This document shows positions 8,387 to 17,678 of a stretch of DNA of 45,740 bases, piece after piece. The DNA is taken from the NCBI GenBank assembly GCA_964582065.1, contig CAZOQG010000002.1, positions 1 through 45,740 on the forward strand. The letters run 5' to 3'. The DNA is from an uncultured Dehalococcoidales bacterium (GTDB lineage Bacteria > Chloroflexota > Dehalococcoidia > GIF9 > UBA5629). Both the position numbers and the translations under genes were made by a program. Positions within the stretch are counted from its first letter, which is position 1, and each line of letters starts with the position of its first letter. Under the pieces are notes generated by a model. The model saw only the letters and a program-made list of their open reading frames with translations. It was not told the DNA's origin and searched no databases.

Positions 8387-9157
8387 ATGAGAGAGATAGT
8401 AGCAGATCTCAGGGCCGAACAAGAAGCTTTGGATAGTTTTCTGTGTACGCTTAAGGACGAACAGTGGGACTTGCAAACGCCAGCGGAAGGATGGACTGTC
8501 AAGGACTCTGTTTCGCATATCGCTTACATTGACGAAGTCTCTGTTTCTTTTCTCGGAGGAGATTATGCACCATTGGATGAAGCAGCCAAGCTTGGTATGA
8601 GCTATAACGAGACTGGTCCCAAGAGAGGACGAACAATGCAACCTTCACAAATTCTGAAATGGTGGAGGGACATGAGGGGCACAATGGATGATTGTCTTGT
8701 GAAGATTGAACCCAAAACGAGGATCCCCTGGTTTGCGATGCCTATGGGCGCACGCGCATTTGCTACGGCACGACTTATGGAAACATGGGCCCACGGACTC
8801 GATTGTTATGATGCAGTAGGGGTTGAACCTGTTGATACAGACCGCCTGCGGCATGTAGCCCTGATCGCATATATGGCAAGACCTTACGCCTATCAAGTAA
8901 ACGGTTTGGAGTTACCGGATACTCCTATTCGCATAGAACTGTTGCTTCCGTCCGGCAAGGCTTGGAGTCAAGGTTCCGAAGACGCAAGCGATATTATCCG
9001 TGGAACAGCCAGGGATTTCTGTCGCGTGGCAGTTCGAAGAAGACATTGGAAAGATACAGAATTAGAGATCGTGGGTAGTGAGGCAAAGCGTTTTATCGAG
9101 ATTGTTCAGACATATGCCGGTCCGCCAGGCTCTGGTCGGAAGCCGAAAAATCAATAG
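8387..9157 (+). CDS. DinB/maleylpyruvate-isomerase-N-terminal-like family protein (TIGR03084-like)
   Basis: The N-terminus ADLRAEQEALDSFL...WDLQTPAEGWTVKDSVSHIAYIDE and the later METWAHGLD match my memory of mycothiol-dependent maleylpyruvate isomerase-type metal-binding domain proteins. An AAGGAG Shine-Dalgarno lies upstream. Confidence 0.65.
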   Translation: MREIVADLRAEQEALDSFLCTLKDEQWDLQTPAEGWTVKDSVSHIAYIDEVSVSFLGGDYAPLDEAAKLGMSYNETGPKRGRTMQPSQILKWWRDMRGTMDDCLVKIEPKTRIPWFAMPMGARAFATARLMETWAHGLDCYDAVGVEPVDTDRLRHVALIAYMARPYAYQVNGLELPDTPIRIELLLPSGKAWSQGSEDASDIIRGTARDFCRVAVRRRHWKDTELEIVGSEAKRFIEIVQTYAGPPGSGRKPKNQ

Positions 9158-9321
9158 ACCTACCATAATCTTTGAACCTTTGGTAGGCTTCTGCCAATCG
9201 ATGATCCTTTCGCATCCTTCTCATATTCTGGGGGGGGTATTCGGTCTCCCTTTCGCTGGATGTACAGTTCCGACAGTCTGTCGTATACTACCGAAATATA
9301 GTCAAATCTGGAGGTTTCGAT

Positions 9322-9672
9322 GTGAAAATATGCAGTCTGGACAAGGTCAAAAAGGTGAATCCCAACATGAAAGACGCGGAAGGCATCTGGAAACAGGTTC
9401 CTATATCGAAAGATGACGGCTCTCCATCCTTTTGCTTTCGCGTATTTACCTTTGAACCCGGCGGCCACACTCCCTTTCACAGACACCCCAACGAACATCT
9501 GAACTACATAATTGAAGGTAATGGCGTTATAGTCATGGAAAACGGTGAAGAGCGTCAGATCAGAAAAGGCGATTTTGCTCTAATCCTCCCCGACGAAAAA
9601 CACCAGTTCAAGAACAAATCCACAAGCGAGCCTATGACCATAATCTGCGCGGTTCCCAAGGAATACGAATGA
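9322..9672 (+). CDS. Cupin domain protein
   Basis: PGGHTPFHRHPNEHLNYIIEGNG...GDFALILPDEKHQF is the two-motif cupin signature. The start is GTG with a GGAGG 6 nt upstream. Confidence 0.8.
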   Translation: MKICSLDKVKKVNPNMKDAEGIWKQVPISKDDGSPSFCFRVFTFEPGGHTPFHRHPNEHLNYIIEGNGVIVMENGEERQIRKGDFALILPDEKHQFKNKSTSEPMTIICAVPKEYE

Positions 9673-9810
9673 ACCTGGACTTGATTGACAGAACCGCTCT
9701 CAGGACTCGTGATCGCATTCCACGCACACGGGTTCATCTCTTCGGCCAGTATTGAAGCAAGCTTGCATTACGACGATGCCTGTTTCGGAAACATGTGGCC
9801 CTTTGGCCTG

Positions 9811-10680
9811 TTACTGGGGTTTGGTCTCTTTTTCTACTAGGTTCCTGTAAGCTGACATAAGTCGTCGGGTTAGTGGCCCCGGTTTTGCCGAGCCGATGGG
9901 CTTATCGCCAAACCGGGTGAGGGGCATTATCTCAAGTACCGAGTTGGTTAAGAAAGCTTCCTCAGCTTCAGCGAGTTCACCTAGCGCTACTTCCCTCTCA
10001 ACCGCCTTGATTCTCAAGGATTGAGCCAATTCCAAAACCGCCTCCCTGGTGATGCCAGGTAGGGAGCCGCTTTCTAGAGAAGGCGTAACCAGCCTTTCGT
10101 TCCTTACCAGAAAAATATTGGTCGTGCTGCCTTCGGCTACAAAACCCCGCTCGTTGAGAAGGAGCGCTTCATCGGCCCCGGCTGCCCTGGCTTCTTGCCT
10201 GGCCAAAACGTTTTCCAAATAACAGGTAGACTTGAGTCGTGACAATGGCGATTGGCTGTTGCGCTGCAAAGATGACAGGACTGTACTGAAGCCTTTCTCA
10301 TAGCTTTCAGGCGCCAAGGGAGCAAGTCTTCGCACAGCAATAAATACGGTGATACCGCTACAGGTATCCGGGTTGGGGGTCATGTCACCTTCGCCAGCCG
10401 ATACAGTAAGCCTGAGACGGGCTTCGCAAAGCCTGTTTGCTTCTAGAATGTCATAACAAGCTTTTTGTAGCTCAGAAGAGGCTAGCCTAGAAGCTATACC
10501 CAGGGTCTCAGCCGACTGCTGAAGCCGGGCCAGGTGGCGGTTAAGGCGAAAGACGCAGCCGTTGTAGGCCCGCATCGTCTCGAAAAGACCGTAGCCGTAA
10601 AGGAAACCGTGGTCGAAGGGCGATAGCTTAGCCTGGGAACGGAGAACTAGGTCACTGTTAAGGTAAACAATCTCTTCCAT
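9811..10680 (-). CDS. pabC: Class IV aminotransferase fold; aminodeoxychorismate lyase by operon context
   Basis: The 289-aa product has FDHGFLYGYGLFETMRAYNG, GITREAVL and EAFLTNSV motifs of class IV PLP enzymes. It lies immediately downstream of the pabB and pabA homologues. Confidence 0.75.
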   Translation of the reverse strand: MEEIVYLNSDLVLRSQAKLSPFDHGFLYGYGLFETMRAYNGCVFRLNRHLARLQQSAETLGIASRLASSELQKACYDILEANRLCEARLRLTVSAGEGDMTPNPDTCSGITVFIAVRRLAPLAPESYEKGFSTVLSSLQRNSQSPLSRLKSTCYLENVLARQEARAAGADEALLLNERGFVAEGSTTNIFLVRNERLVTPSLESGSLPGITREAVLELAQSLRIKAVEREVALGELAEAEEAFLTNSVLEIMPLTRFGDKPIGSAKPGPLTRRLMSAYRNLVEKETKPQ

Positions 10681-10689
10681 TAGCGGACT

Positions 10690-11271
10690 TTAATGCCACA
10701 CCGGCTTAGAAAAACGAAGGAAGTTAGCCAACAGGTCGTACCCCACTTCGGTGAGAATAGATTCAGGATGTATCTGGGTTCCTTCAACTACATAATCTCG
10801 ATGTCTTACACCCATTATCTCCCCTTCATCGGTCTGAGCAGTGACCTCAAGACAGGAGGGGAAACTGTCTGGCTTGATGATCAAGGAATGGTAACGAGCT
10901 GCTGGAAATGGGTTTGCTATACCTTCATAGATAGCTTTGCCATCATGGTGGATAACAGATGTCTTGCCGTGGACTGGCACTGAGGCTCGCCCAACGACAC
11001 CACCGTAGGCGTAGCCAATGCACTGGTGCCCAAGGCAAACACCGAGGATGGAGATTTTGCCGCCAAAGTGGCGTACTACATCGTTGGAAATGCCAGCCTC
11101 CAAAGGGGTACGCGGCCCTGGAGAGATGACAATGTGGCTGGGAAGAAGTTCTCCGATTTCAGCTAAGCTGATCTGGTCGTTACGATAGACTAGCGGCTCC
11201 CAACCTAGTTCACCCAGGCGTTGAGCCAGGTTATAAGCGAAAGAGTCGTAGTTGTCGATAACCAGTATCAT
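10690..11271 (-). CDS. pabA: Aminodeoxychorismate/anthranilate synthase component II (glutamine amidotransferase)
   Basis: MILVIDNYDSFAYNL...ILGVCLGHQCIG...IHPES is a class I GATase triad. There is a 4-nt overlap with pabB. Confidence 0.85.
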   Translation of the reverse strand: MILVIDNYDSFAYNLAQRLGELGWEPLVYRNDQISLAEIGELLPSHIVISPGPRTPLEAGISNDVVRHFGGKISILGVCLGHQCIGYAYGGVVGRASVPVHGKTSVIHHDGKAIYEGIANPFPAARYHSLIIKPDSFPSCLEVTAQTDEGEIMGVRHRDYVVEGTQIHPESILTEVGYDLLANFLRFSKPVWH

Positions 11272-12710
11272 TTTGCCTCCACCGCTACTCTCGGTGCCAA
11301 GCGAAGCGCCTGAATCAGGGCCTTAGCTTTATCCAGAGTTTCCACGTATTCCGCCTCAGCGTTGGAATCATAAATAATGGCGCCGCCTACTTGGAAATAG
11401 GCTTTTCCATCTTTAATTAGAAAAGTGCGGATAACAATGTTAAGGTCGAGACTATTCCCGAAGCTGAGGTAACCAATAGCGCCGGTGTAAACGCTCCTTC
11501 TTGTCGGTTCGAGTTCATCGATAATTTCCATGGCCCGCACCTTGGGGGCACCGGTAATGGAACCTCCGGGGAAAGTAGCCTTGAGCAAGTCGATGCGATT
11601 CGTGTCGGGACGCAGCCTGCCAACAACAGTAGAAGTCAAATGGAAGACGGTGGGAAAGGTCTCAAGGATAGCCAGCTCGGTCACTCTAACCGTGCCATAT
11701 TGACACACCCTGCCCAGATCATTCCTCTCCAGGTCAACAATCATCACATTCTCAGCGCGGTCTTTACTGCTCTGAGTCAGCTCTTCAGCCAGCATTGCGT
11801 CGTCAACTGAGTCTTTGCCCCTTGGCCTGGTACCTTTTATCGGTCGTGTCTCTACCCAGTCACCATCTACGCGAAGGAATCTCTCTGGCGAGGCACCGAT
11901 GATGGTTACCTCATCGAAGTTGAGGTAGCTAGCAAAAGGGGCTGGGTTAATCTGTCTCAATCGTTGGTACAGTTCGTAGGTAGAAACGGTCAAATCGGTC
12001 TCGAAACGCTGAGAGATGTTAACCTGAAATACATCGCCGGCAGCGATATATTGTCTCACCCTGTCCACAGCTTTCATATAGCCTTCAGGAGTGAAATTCG
12101 ACTTGAGCACAGCTTTAGCTTTCCCTTCAGCGCTCCGGAAATCGGCTTCCGGCGTAGATGGGCAAGACGAAGACAGCCACCCCTTGATTTGCTCACGGCG
12201 TACTTCGGCCCTCTTTAGTCTTCGGCTCTCGCCAAGCTCGGGAAAGCCTGTGGAAACGATATAGGCTTTGCCCTCCAGATTATCAAAGGCAAGAATGGCG
12301 TCATAGAAAGCAAAATAGCTCTCCGGGAGCTGCAGGTCATCTATAGCTGTGGATGGTAGGCGCTCCACGAAGTGGCACAGGTCATAGCTCAGGTACCCCA
12401 CGGCACCACCCCAAAAGGGAATGGGTGCTGGGAAAGAGTCCAGCCTGTATGTTTCCAGCAACCTACCCAGGACATCGAACGGATTGCCCCGTTCGATTTG
12501 TTGCTCGTCTTGCCGCATGAGGGTGACCTGATTGCCTCGGCTTGTCATCACTAGAAACGGGTCGATGCCGATGAAGGAGTACCTGCCTAGCCTCTGAGGG
12601 TCCATGCCGCTGTCCAGGAAAAAGCTGTAGCGGTAGCCGTGGAACGGCTCAAAAGCTTCATGCGCAGCTAGCGGAGTAGGGATTTCTTCAATCAGGGGGT
12701 AACGGTTCAT
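11268..12710 (-). CDS. pabB: Aminodeoxychorismate synthase component I (chorismate-binding enzyme)
   Basis: SPERFLRV...TRPIKGTRPRG...ENVMIVDLERNDLGRV...FPGGSITGAPKVRAMEIIDELE are chorismate-utilising enzyme motifs. Pairing with a class IV lyase favours PabB over TrpE. Confidence 0.8.
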   Translation of the reverse strand: MNRYPLIEEIPTPLAAHEAFEPFHGYRYSFFLDSGMDPQRLGRYSFIGIDPFLVMTSRGNQVTLMRQDEQQIERGNPFDVLGRLLETYRLDSFPAPIPFWGGAVGYLSYDLCHFVERLPSTAIDDLQLPESYFAFYDAILAFDNLEGKAYIVSTGFPELGESRRLKRAEVRREQIKGWLSSSCPSTPEADFRSAEGKAKAVLKSNFTPEGYMKAVDRVRQYIAAGDVFQVNISQRFETDLTVSTYELYQRLRQINPAPFASYLNFDEVTIIGASPERFLRVDGDWVETRPIKGTRPRGKDSVDDAMLAEELTQSSKDRAENVMIVDLERNDLGRVCQYGTVRVTELAILETFPTVFHLTSTVVGRLRPDTNRIDLLKATFPGGSITGAPKVRAMEIIDELEPTRRSVYTGAIGYLSFGNSLDLNIVIRTFLIKDGKAYFQVGGAIIYDSNAEAEYVETLDKAKALIQALRLAPRVAVEAK

Positions 12711-12757
12711 TGCTCAGTTCGCCGCCGGTGCCAGTCTATTGCCCTGCATCTAGAATC

Positions 12758-13417
12758 CTATCCCCGTGCTTTTCGTGCCTCGATTGCCTGTCTTAGTCGC
12801 TGGAAAATATCAGCGCCGAGGGCCTGGATTCTTAGGTTAGTTATGGTATCGAACGGGAGGTCGTCAAAATGGCCACGGTCCTGGATATATTCAATGTGCA
12901 GTTTGCCGTCCAAATTATGAGAGTGGAACATGGCGTCGTTTTTGCCATCGAACTCCACTGGGCTAATTCGGTTCTTTTGGCACATTTTCAGGTCGAAGGC
13001 AGGAGTAGCTTTGACCCATTTCCCTTCGATATACAGCTCAGCATAACCATGGGAGGGGAATAGGTTTGTCCCCGTCAGCTCTTTTAATTTGTCGGGCATA
13101 AGATGGTTCCGAATGGCGGCAAGGTGTAGGCGGGCGGGGATGCCCACGGCTCGGGCCAATGTAGCCAGGAGCACGGCTTTTTGTATGCAGAATCCCTCTC
13201 CTACCTCCAAAACCCTACTTGCCCGGTAGTATTCAGGAAGGTCACTCAGCACATAGATGTTGTACTTAATCTCATCCCTTACGAAATAGAAAAGGCTTTT
13301 AGCTTTGTCTGCGACCTTTTCCTGACCTGCACTTAAATCTTTGGCTTTTCCTTTTATCGATTCGTTGTCGCAGTCAAATGTAGGTGTAGGTCTCAAATAC
13401 CTTTTCATTGGGTCCAT
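12758..13417 (-). CDS. Transglutaminase-like cysteine protease-fold protein, paralogue 1
   Basis: The track ORF is trimmed to MDPMKRYLRPTPTFDCDNE... The upstream part of that ORF is an out-of-frame read into paralogue 2. Candidate catalytic residues are GEGFCIQKA (Cys), SHGYAELY (His) and TPAFD (Asp). Confidence 0.8.
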   Translation of the reverse strand: MDPMKRYLRPTPTFDCDNESIKGKAKDLSAGQEKVADKAKSLFYFVRDEIKYNIYVLSDLPEYYRASRVLEVGEGFCIQKAVLLATLARAVGIPARLHLAAIRNHLMPDKLKELTGTNLFPSHGYAELYIEGKWVKATPAFDLKMCQKNRISPVEFDGKNDAMFHSHNLDGKLHIEYIQDRGHFDDLPFDTITNLRIQALGADIFQRLRQAIEARKARG

Positions 13418-13421
13418 GATA

Positions 13422-14093
13422 CTATCCGTCCAGCACTTCCTGCTGCGCCTTCTCTGGATTAATGAAGTGGTAGAACTGCTTACTAGACTCCATCTTATAG
13501 ACCTTAGCCCAGGCAGCAAGTATTTCATCCAGCGGCACATCCTCATAATAGCCATGGTCTTTGACATATTCAATATGCAATTCACCGTCCAAATTATGAG
13601 AGTGGAATATGGCATCGCGTTTGCCATCGAACTCCACCGGGATGATTCGGTTTTCTTGGCACATTTTCAGGTCGAAGGCTGGAGTCGCTTTGACCCACTT
13701 TCCCTCAACGTATAGCCCGCTATAACCGTGGTAGCTGAACAGGTCTGTCCCTATTAGCTGTTTTAGCCTGTTGGGAACGAGATGGTTTCGAATGTCAGCA
13801 AGGTGTAGACGGGCCGGGATGCCCGCAGCTCGGGCCAGGGCAACAAGGAGAGATGCCTTCTCAACACAAAATCCCCTTCCAGTTGTCAGAGTCTTACTTG
13901 CTTGATAATCTTCAAGAAGATGCACTGGTAGCGGGTTGTATTTAATCTCATCCCTTACGAAATAGAAAAGGCTTTTAGCTTTGTCTACGACTTCCTCCTG
14001 ACTTCTGGTTAGATCTTGGGATTTTTGTCTTATGGACTTGTTGTCGCAGTCAATTCTAGGTGTAGGTCTCAAATACTCTTTCACTTGGTCCAT
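13422..14093 (-). CDS. Transglutaminase-like protein, paralogue 2
   Basis: MDQVKEYLRPTPRIDCDNKS...GRGFCVEKA...YHGYSGLYVEGKWVKATPAFD. By eye it is about 65-70% identical to paralogues 1 and 3 over the first 190 aa. Confidence 0.8.
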   Translation of the reverse strand: MDQVKEYLRPTPRIDCDNKSIRQKSQDLTRSQEEVVDKAKSLFYFVRDEIKYNPLPVHLLEDYQASKTLTTGRGFCVEKASLLVALARAAGIPARLHLADIRNHLVPNRLKQLIGTDLFSYHGYSGLYVEGKWVKATPAFDLKMCQENRIIPVEFDGKRDAIFHSHNLDGELHIEYVKDHGYYEDVPLDEILAAWAKVYKMESSKQFYHFINPEKAQQEVLDG

Positions 14094-14115
14094 GATGCTA
14101 TGCCCCGTGCACTTT

Positions 14116-14772
14116 CTACTTCGCTTTTTCTGCCTTAACCAACTGGTTCAACTGTGATCGAGACCCCCACCCGTAGTCCCGAACCCACCCATCATATATC
14201 TCGTCCAGCGGCACATCCTCATAACGGCCATGGTCTTTGACATATTCAATATGCAGTTGCCCGTCTCGGTTAAGTGAGTGGAATAAGGCATCGTTCTTGC
14301 CATCGAACTCCACCGGCATGATTTGGTTCTTTTGGCACATTTTGAGGTCGAAGGCAGGAGTCGCTTTGACCCACTTCTCTTGAATGTACAACTCGCAATA
14401 GCCGTGGTATGTGACCAGGGTAGTCCCAAGCATCTCTCTTGGTTTATCGGGAAGAAGATGATTCCGAATGTCGGCGAGGTGCAGAGCCGCTGGGATGCCT
14501 GCGGCTCGTGCTAGGGCAATCAGGAGCAGCGCCTTTTGAACACACCATCCCTCTCCTATCTCCAGAATCCTGCTTGCCCGGTAGTGTTCAGGAAGGTCAC
14601 TTGGTACATAGAAAGTGTACTTAATCTCGTCCCTCACGAAATAAAAGAGGCTCTTAGCCTTGCCCGTAATTTCTTGCTGACCCTTAGTTAGGTTTTGACC
14701 TTTTTGTTTCACCGACTCGTTGTCGCAGTCGATTGTAGGTGTAGGTTTGAGATACTCTTCCATTTCTCGCAC
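14116..14772 (-). CDS. Transglutaminase-like protein, paralogue 3
   Basis: MREMEEYLKPTPTIDCDNES...GEGWCVQKA...YHGYCELYIQEKWVKATPAFD. The ATG lies only 2 nt after the sucD stop. Confidence 0.8.
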   Translation of the reverse strand: MREMEEYLKPTPTIDCDNESVKQKGQNLTKGQQEITGKAKSLFYFVRDEIKYTFYVPSDLPEHYRASRILEIGEGWCVQKALLLIALARAAGIPAALHLADIRNHLLPDKPREMLGTTLVTYHGYCELYIQEKWVKATPAFDLKMCQKNQIMPVEFDGKNDALFHSLNRDGQLHIEYVKDHGRYEDVPLDEIYDGWVRDYGWGSRSQLNQLVKAEKAK

Positions 14773-14774
14773 AA

Positions 14775-15647
14775 TTATGCCTGTAGCACCTTCTTCATGG
14801 TAAGCCCGGTTTCAGCGGGGTTAGGGACTATGTTAACTCCGGCGGAGGCCAAGGCTGCTATCTTGTCCTGAGCTCTGCCTGAACTGCCGCTGATGATGGC
14901 CCCGGCGTGTCCCATTCTTCTCCCCGGCGGAGCCGTAGCTCCAGCTACAAAGGCGACCACCGGCTTGGTTACCTTCTCCTTAATGAATTCCGCGACCTCC
15001 TGTTCTGCGGTGCCCCCAATCTCACCGATGAGCACCACTGCCTTGGTATCTTTATCTTCCTGGAAGAGTTTCAATATGTCAACGAAACTGCTGCCGGGCA
15101 GAGGGTCACCACCAATGCCAACGCAGGTGGATTGGCCGATGCCCAGGGCGGTTAGCTGGGAGACTGCTTCGTAGGTTAGAGTGCCGCTGCGGGAAACAAC
15201 GCCAACATTGCCTGGAAGGTGAATGTCGCCGACCATAAGCCCCGCCTTGCATTTTCCCGGGGAAATGACGCCGGGGCAGTTGGGGCCGATAAGGCGAGTC
15301 GACTTATCTTTGAGATAGTCATGCACCGTCACCATATCTGAAACCGGGATACCTTCGGTAATACACACAACCAGGGGAATGCCCGCATCGGCGGCTTCCA
15401 TAATAGCATCAGCGGCAAAGGCAGGTGGTACAAAAACCATGCTGGCATTAGCTCCAGTTTCCTTCACCGCCTCCCCTACCGTGTTGAACACGGCTACACC
15501 CGATACCTCACTGCCTCCCTTCCCCGGGGTAACGCCGGCGACTACTTTGGTGCCATACTCGATACACCGCTGGGCGTGAAAGCTGCCCTCACCGCCGGTG
15601 ATTCCCTGAATCAGTAACCGAGTTTTCTCGTCAATCAGGATGCTCAA
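14775..15647 (-). CDS. sucD: Succinyl-CoA synthetase alpha subunit
   Basis: [13 protein letters not shown]...[10 protein letters not shown]...[10 protein letters not shown] includes the phosphohistidine loop. The product is 290 aa. Confidence 0.95.
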   Translation of the reverse strand: MSILIDEKTRLLIQGITGGEGSFHAQRCIEYGTKVVAGVTPGKGGSEVSGVAVFNTVGEAVKETGANASMVFVPPAFAADAIMEAADAGIPLVVCITEGIPVSDMVTVHDYLKDKSTRLIGPNCPGVISPGKCKAGLMVGDIHLPGNVGVVSRSGTLTYEAVSQLTALGIGQSTCVGIGGDPLPGSSFVDILKLFQEDKDTKAVVLIGEIGGTAEQEVAEFIKEKVTKPVVAFVAGATAPPGRRMGHAGAIISGSSGRAQDKIAALASAGVNIVPNPAETGLTMKKVLQA

Positions 15648-15666
15648 TTGCTGCCTCCTTTGTCAA

Positions 15667-16833
15667 TTAGGAACCTTTGGCTGCTGCCACTGCCTTGCGG
15701 GCGGCGTCATAGAAGTCGGCTGCCTCAATGAAGTCTATCTTGGATTCGGCCAGGATGCGCTTACCTTCATCGACATTAGTCCCGGCCAATCTGATGACCA
15801 GTGGAACCCGGACATCCATCTGCTTATGAGCTTCAACGATGCCCTGGGCGATAACATCCACCCTTGCGATTCCGCCGAACACATTCGCTAGTATCGCCTT
15901 CACGCTGGGGTCAGTAGTGAACACCCTGAAGGCGTTGACGACACGGTCTGCGTTGTTGACGGCGCCGATATCGAGAAAATTGGCCGGGCTGCCACCAGCG
16001 TAAGTGATGAGATCCATGACTGCCATAGCCAGGCCGGCTCCGTTGACCATACAGCCAATGTTGCCATCCATCTTAACGTAGTTCTTAATCCCCAGTTCGT
16101 TAGCTCTAGCTTCAAGAGGGTCTTCCTGTTCCAGGTCATGGAGTTGCTCGATATCACTGTGGCGGAAAAGAGCGTTGTCCTCAAAGTTCAGCTTGGCATC
16201 GAGAGCCAGAAGGTCGCCATCTACTGTAACAACCAGGGGATTGATTTCGGCTAGGGAGCAGTCCTTGGCTTGAAAAAGCTTATACAGATTGGTCATCAAA
16301 CTGGTGGCTGGTCTGACCTGGGTGGGGCTTAAGTTCATTCCGTATCCCAGCTTACGGCCGTGGAAAGCTTGAAAGCCGGCCGCCTGGTCGACATAGACTT
16401 TGAGGATCTTCTCCGGGGTAGTCCGAGCTACCTCCTCGATATCCATGCCGCCGGCCTCACTGGCCATCATTACCGGCATCCGGCTGGCGTTATCGACGAT
16501 AATGCTGAGGTAAAGCTCGCGCTTCACGTCAACAGCCTTCTCCACCAGGACTTTGCTCACCGGCACCCCTTCTGGGGTTGTCTGATGTGTTACCAGCCTG
16601 GTGCCGAGTATCTCGCCTGCCAGCTTTTCCGCCTCTTCGGGGGTGTTGGCCACCTTTATGCCCCCGGCCTTGCCCCTGCCACCGGCATAGACCTGAGCTT
16701 TAATTACCACCTTACCTCCCAGCTCAGCAGCTATCTTCTTGGCTTCGGCTAGGGTGGCGGCCACTCCACCCTCAGGGACAGGGATGCCAAACTCAGATAG
16801 CAGCGCCTTAGCCTGGTATTCGTGGATCTTCAT
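15667..16833 (-). CDS. sucC: Succinyl-CoA synthetase beta subunit
   Basis: MKIHEYQAKALLSEFGIPVP...VVIKAQVYAGGRGKAGG...NIGCMVNGAGLAMA. The product is 388 aa. Confidence 0.95.
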   Translation of the reverse strand: MKIHEYQAKALLSEFGIPVPEGGVAATLAEAKKIAAELGGKVVIKAQVYAGGRGKAGGIKVANTPEEAEKLAGEILGTRLVTHQTTPEGVPVSKVLVEKAVDVKRELYLSIIVDNASRMPVMMASEAGGMDIEEVARTTPEKILKVYVDQAAGFQAFHGRKLGYGMNLSPTQVRPATSLMTNLYKLFQAKDCSLAEINPLVVTVDGDLLALDAKLNFEDNALFRHSDIEQLHDLEQEDPLEARANELGIKNYVKMDGNIGCMVNGAGLAMAVMDLITYAGGSPANFLDIGAVNNADRVVNAFRVFTTDPSVKAILANVFGGIARVDVIAQGIVEAHKQMDVRVPLVIRLAGTNVDEGKRILAESKIDFIEAADFYDAARKAVAAAKGS

Positions 16834-16909
16834 AAATTAGCCTCCTTTGCAAACGAGCGAATGGACGGAATTCTCGCAATGAAAAGCAAGTAACGCCAAA
16901 CGTTATCTC

Positions 16910-17542
16910 TTAACTTCCCATTTCGTCACATAATCGTTTAAAAATATCCTCCGCTAGTTCATAGATTTTGTCCATGAGAGCATAGCAATAGCTACTTACC
17001 TCCAAATTATCAGGCATATTTTTAGCGTCGGGTAAAGATTGAAAACACATCTTAATTCTTGTCTGTGGCAATTCTAATTTATACGCAGCGGGGACCACTA
17101 CATTGTGTGTTATTAAATTTCTCAAGCTAAAGAAATAATCGTTTTCATCACGAAAGCAGTTTATTTTGTGGCCAATTGACTTGTAGTTATGCTTTTCATT
17201 AAGGCGTTTTGATAGTTTCTTATCAAAATAAACGGCATTTTCTTTTATGCCTAGTTTGCAAATTTTGTTTAAGGCGTTAGCCAAGCAATCTAGAGAACTC
17301 TTAAAAATGAAAATGACCGCCTCTGCATTCGCTTTAAAGACTAAAGCGATGTCACGCTCCTGAGAAATCGTATTATACTGTTCTTTACCCTCTTCATACT
17401 TTTCGACAAAATATCTGGCAAAATCCAATTTTTCTTTGAAGCTATCAAGGTGTTTCTTAATGCTCGAATTGTCGATTGTTTTTTGAAATTCTTCTAAATG
17501 GGTTAGCTTTTTGATTTCAGTTTGTCTTTTTTTAATTGACAT
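16910..17542 (-). CDS. Hypothetical alpha-helical protein with an RNxxxH (HEPN-like) motif, in a low-GC islet
   Basis: The 210-aa ORF has a GGAGG Shine-Dalgarno 9 nt upstream. The DNA is visibly AT-rich (roughly mid-30s % GC by eye) relative to its flanks. The motif SLRNLITH (R141-N-x3-H146) is encoded at 17105-17122. I recognise no other family. The function call is inference. Confidence 0.6.
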   Translation of the reverse strand: MSIKKRQTEIKKLTHLEEFQKTIDNSSIKKHLDSFKEKLDFARYFVEKYEEGKEQYNTISQERDIALVFKANAEAVIFIFKSSLDCLANALNKICKLGIKENAVYFDKKLSKRLNEKHNYKSIGHKINCFRDENDYFFSLRNLITHNVVVPAAYKLELPQTRIKMCFQSLPDAKNMPDNLEVSSYCYALMDKIYELAEDIFKRLCDEMGS

Positions 17543-17589
17543 CTATATTGCCTCCAGCAGGAAAAGCTGCCTTTGTCTGTTTCTACTTC

Positions 17590-17678
17590 TGGCGGAGGGG
17601 GTGGGATTCGAACCCACGTTCGCCAAAGGCGAAAACGGTTTTCAAGACCGTCACCATCAACCACTCGGACACCCCTCC
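17590..17678 (-). tRNA. tRNA-Ser (anticodon UGA), class II with long variable arm, CCA encoded
   Basis: The minus strand reads GGAGGGGTGTCCGAGTGGTTGATGGTGACGGTCTTGAAAACCGTTTTCGCCTTTGGCGAACGTGGGTTCGAATCCCACCCCCTCCGCCA. The acceptor stem GGAGGGG/CCCCTCC, the anticodon loop CT-TGA-AA, the long variable arm and the T-loop GGTTCGAATCC are all present. Confidence 0.92.

Noticed and set aside
9160-9498. 112-aa minus-strand ORF overlapping the start of the cupin gene.
   Set aside because: The cupin frame has a clear family signature and a Shine-Dalgarno. The minus-strand ORF has neither and would overlap the cupin gene by about 175 nt.
13418-13627. N-terminal extensions of track ORFs: 12758-13627, 976-2706, 41986-43443, 32039-32566, 20585-21367, 630-1091 and 6491-7072.
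   Set aside because: The extensions read out-of-frame through a neighbouring gene, a repeat element or a promoter region. Internal Met codons give products that start where homologous families start, so I trimmed the starts accordingly.
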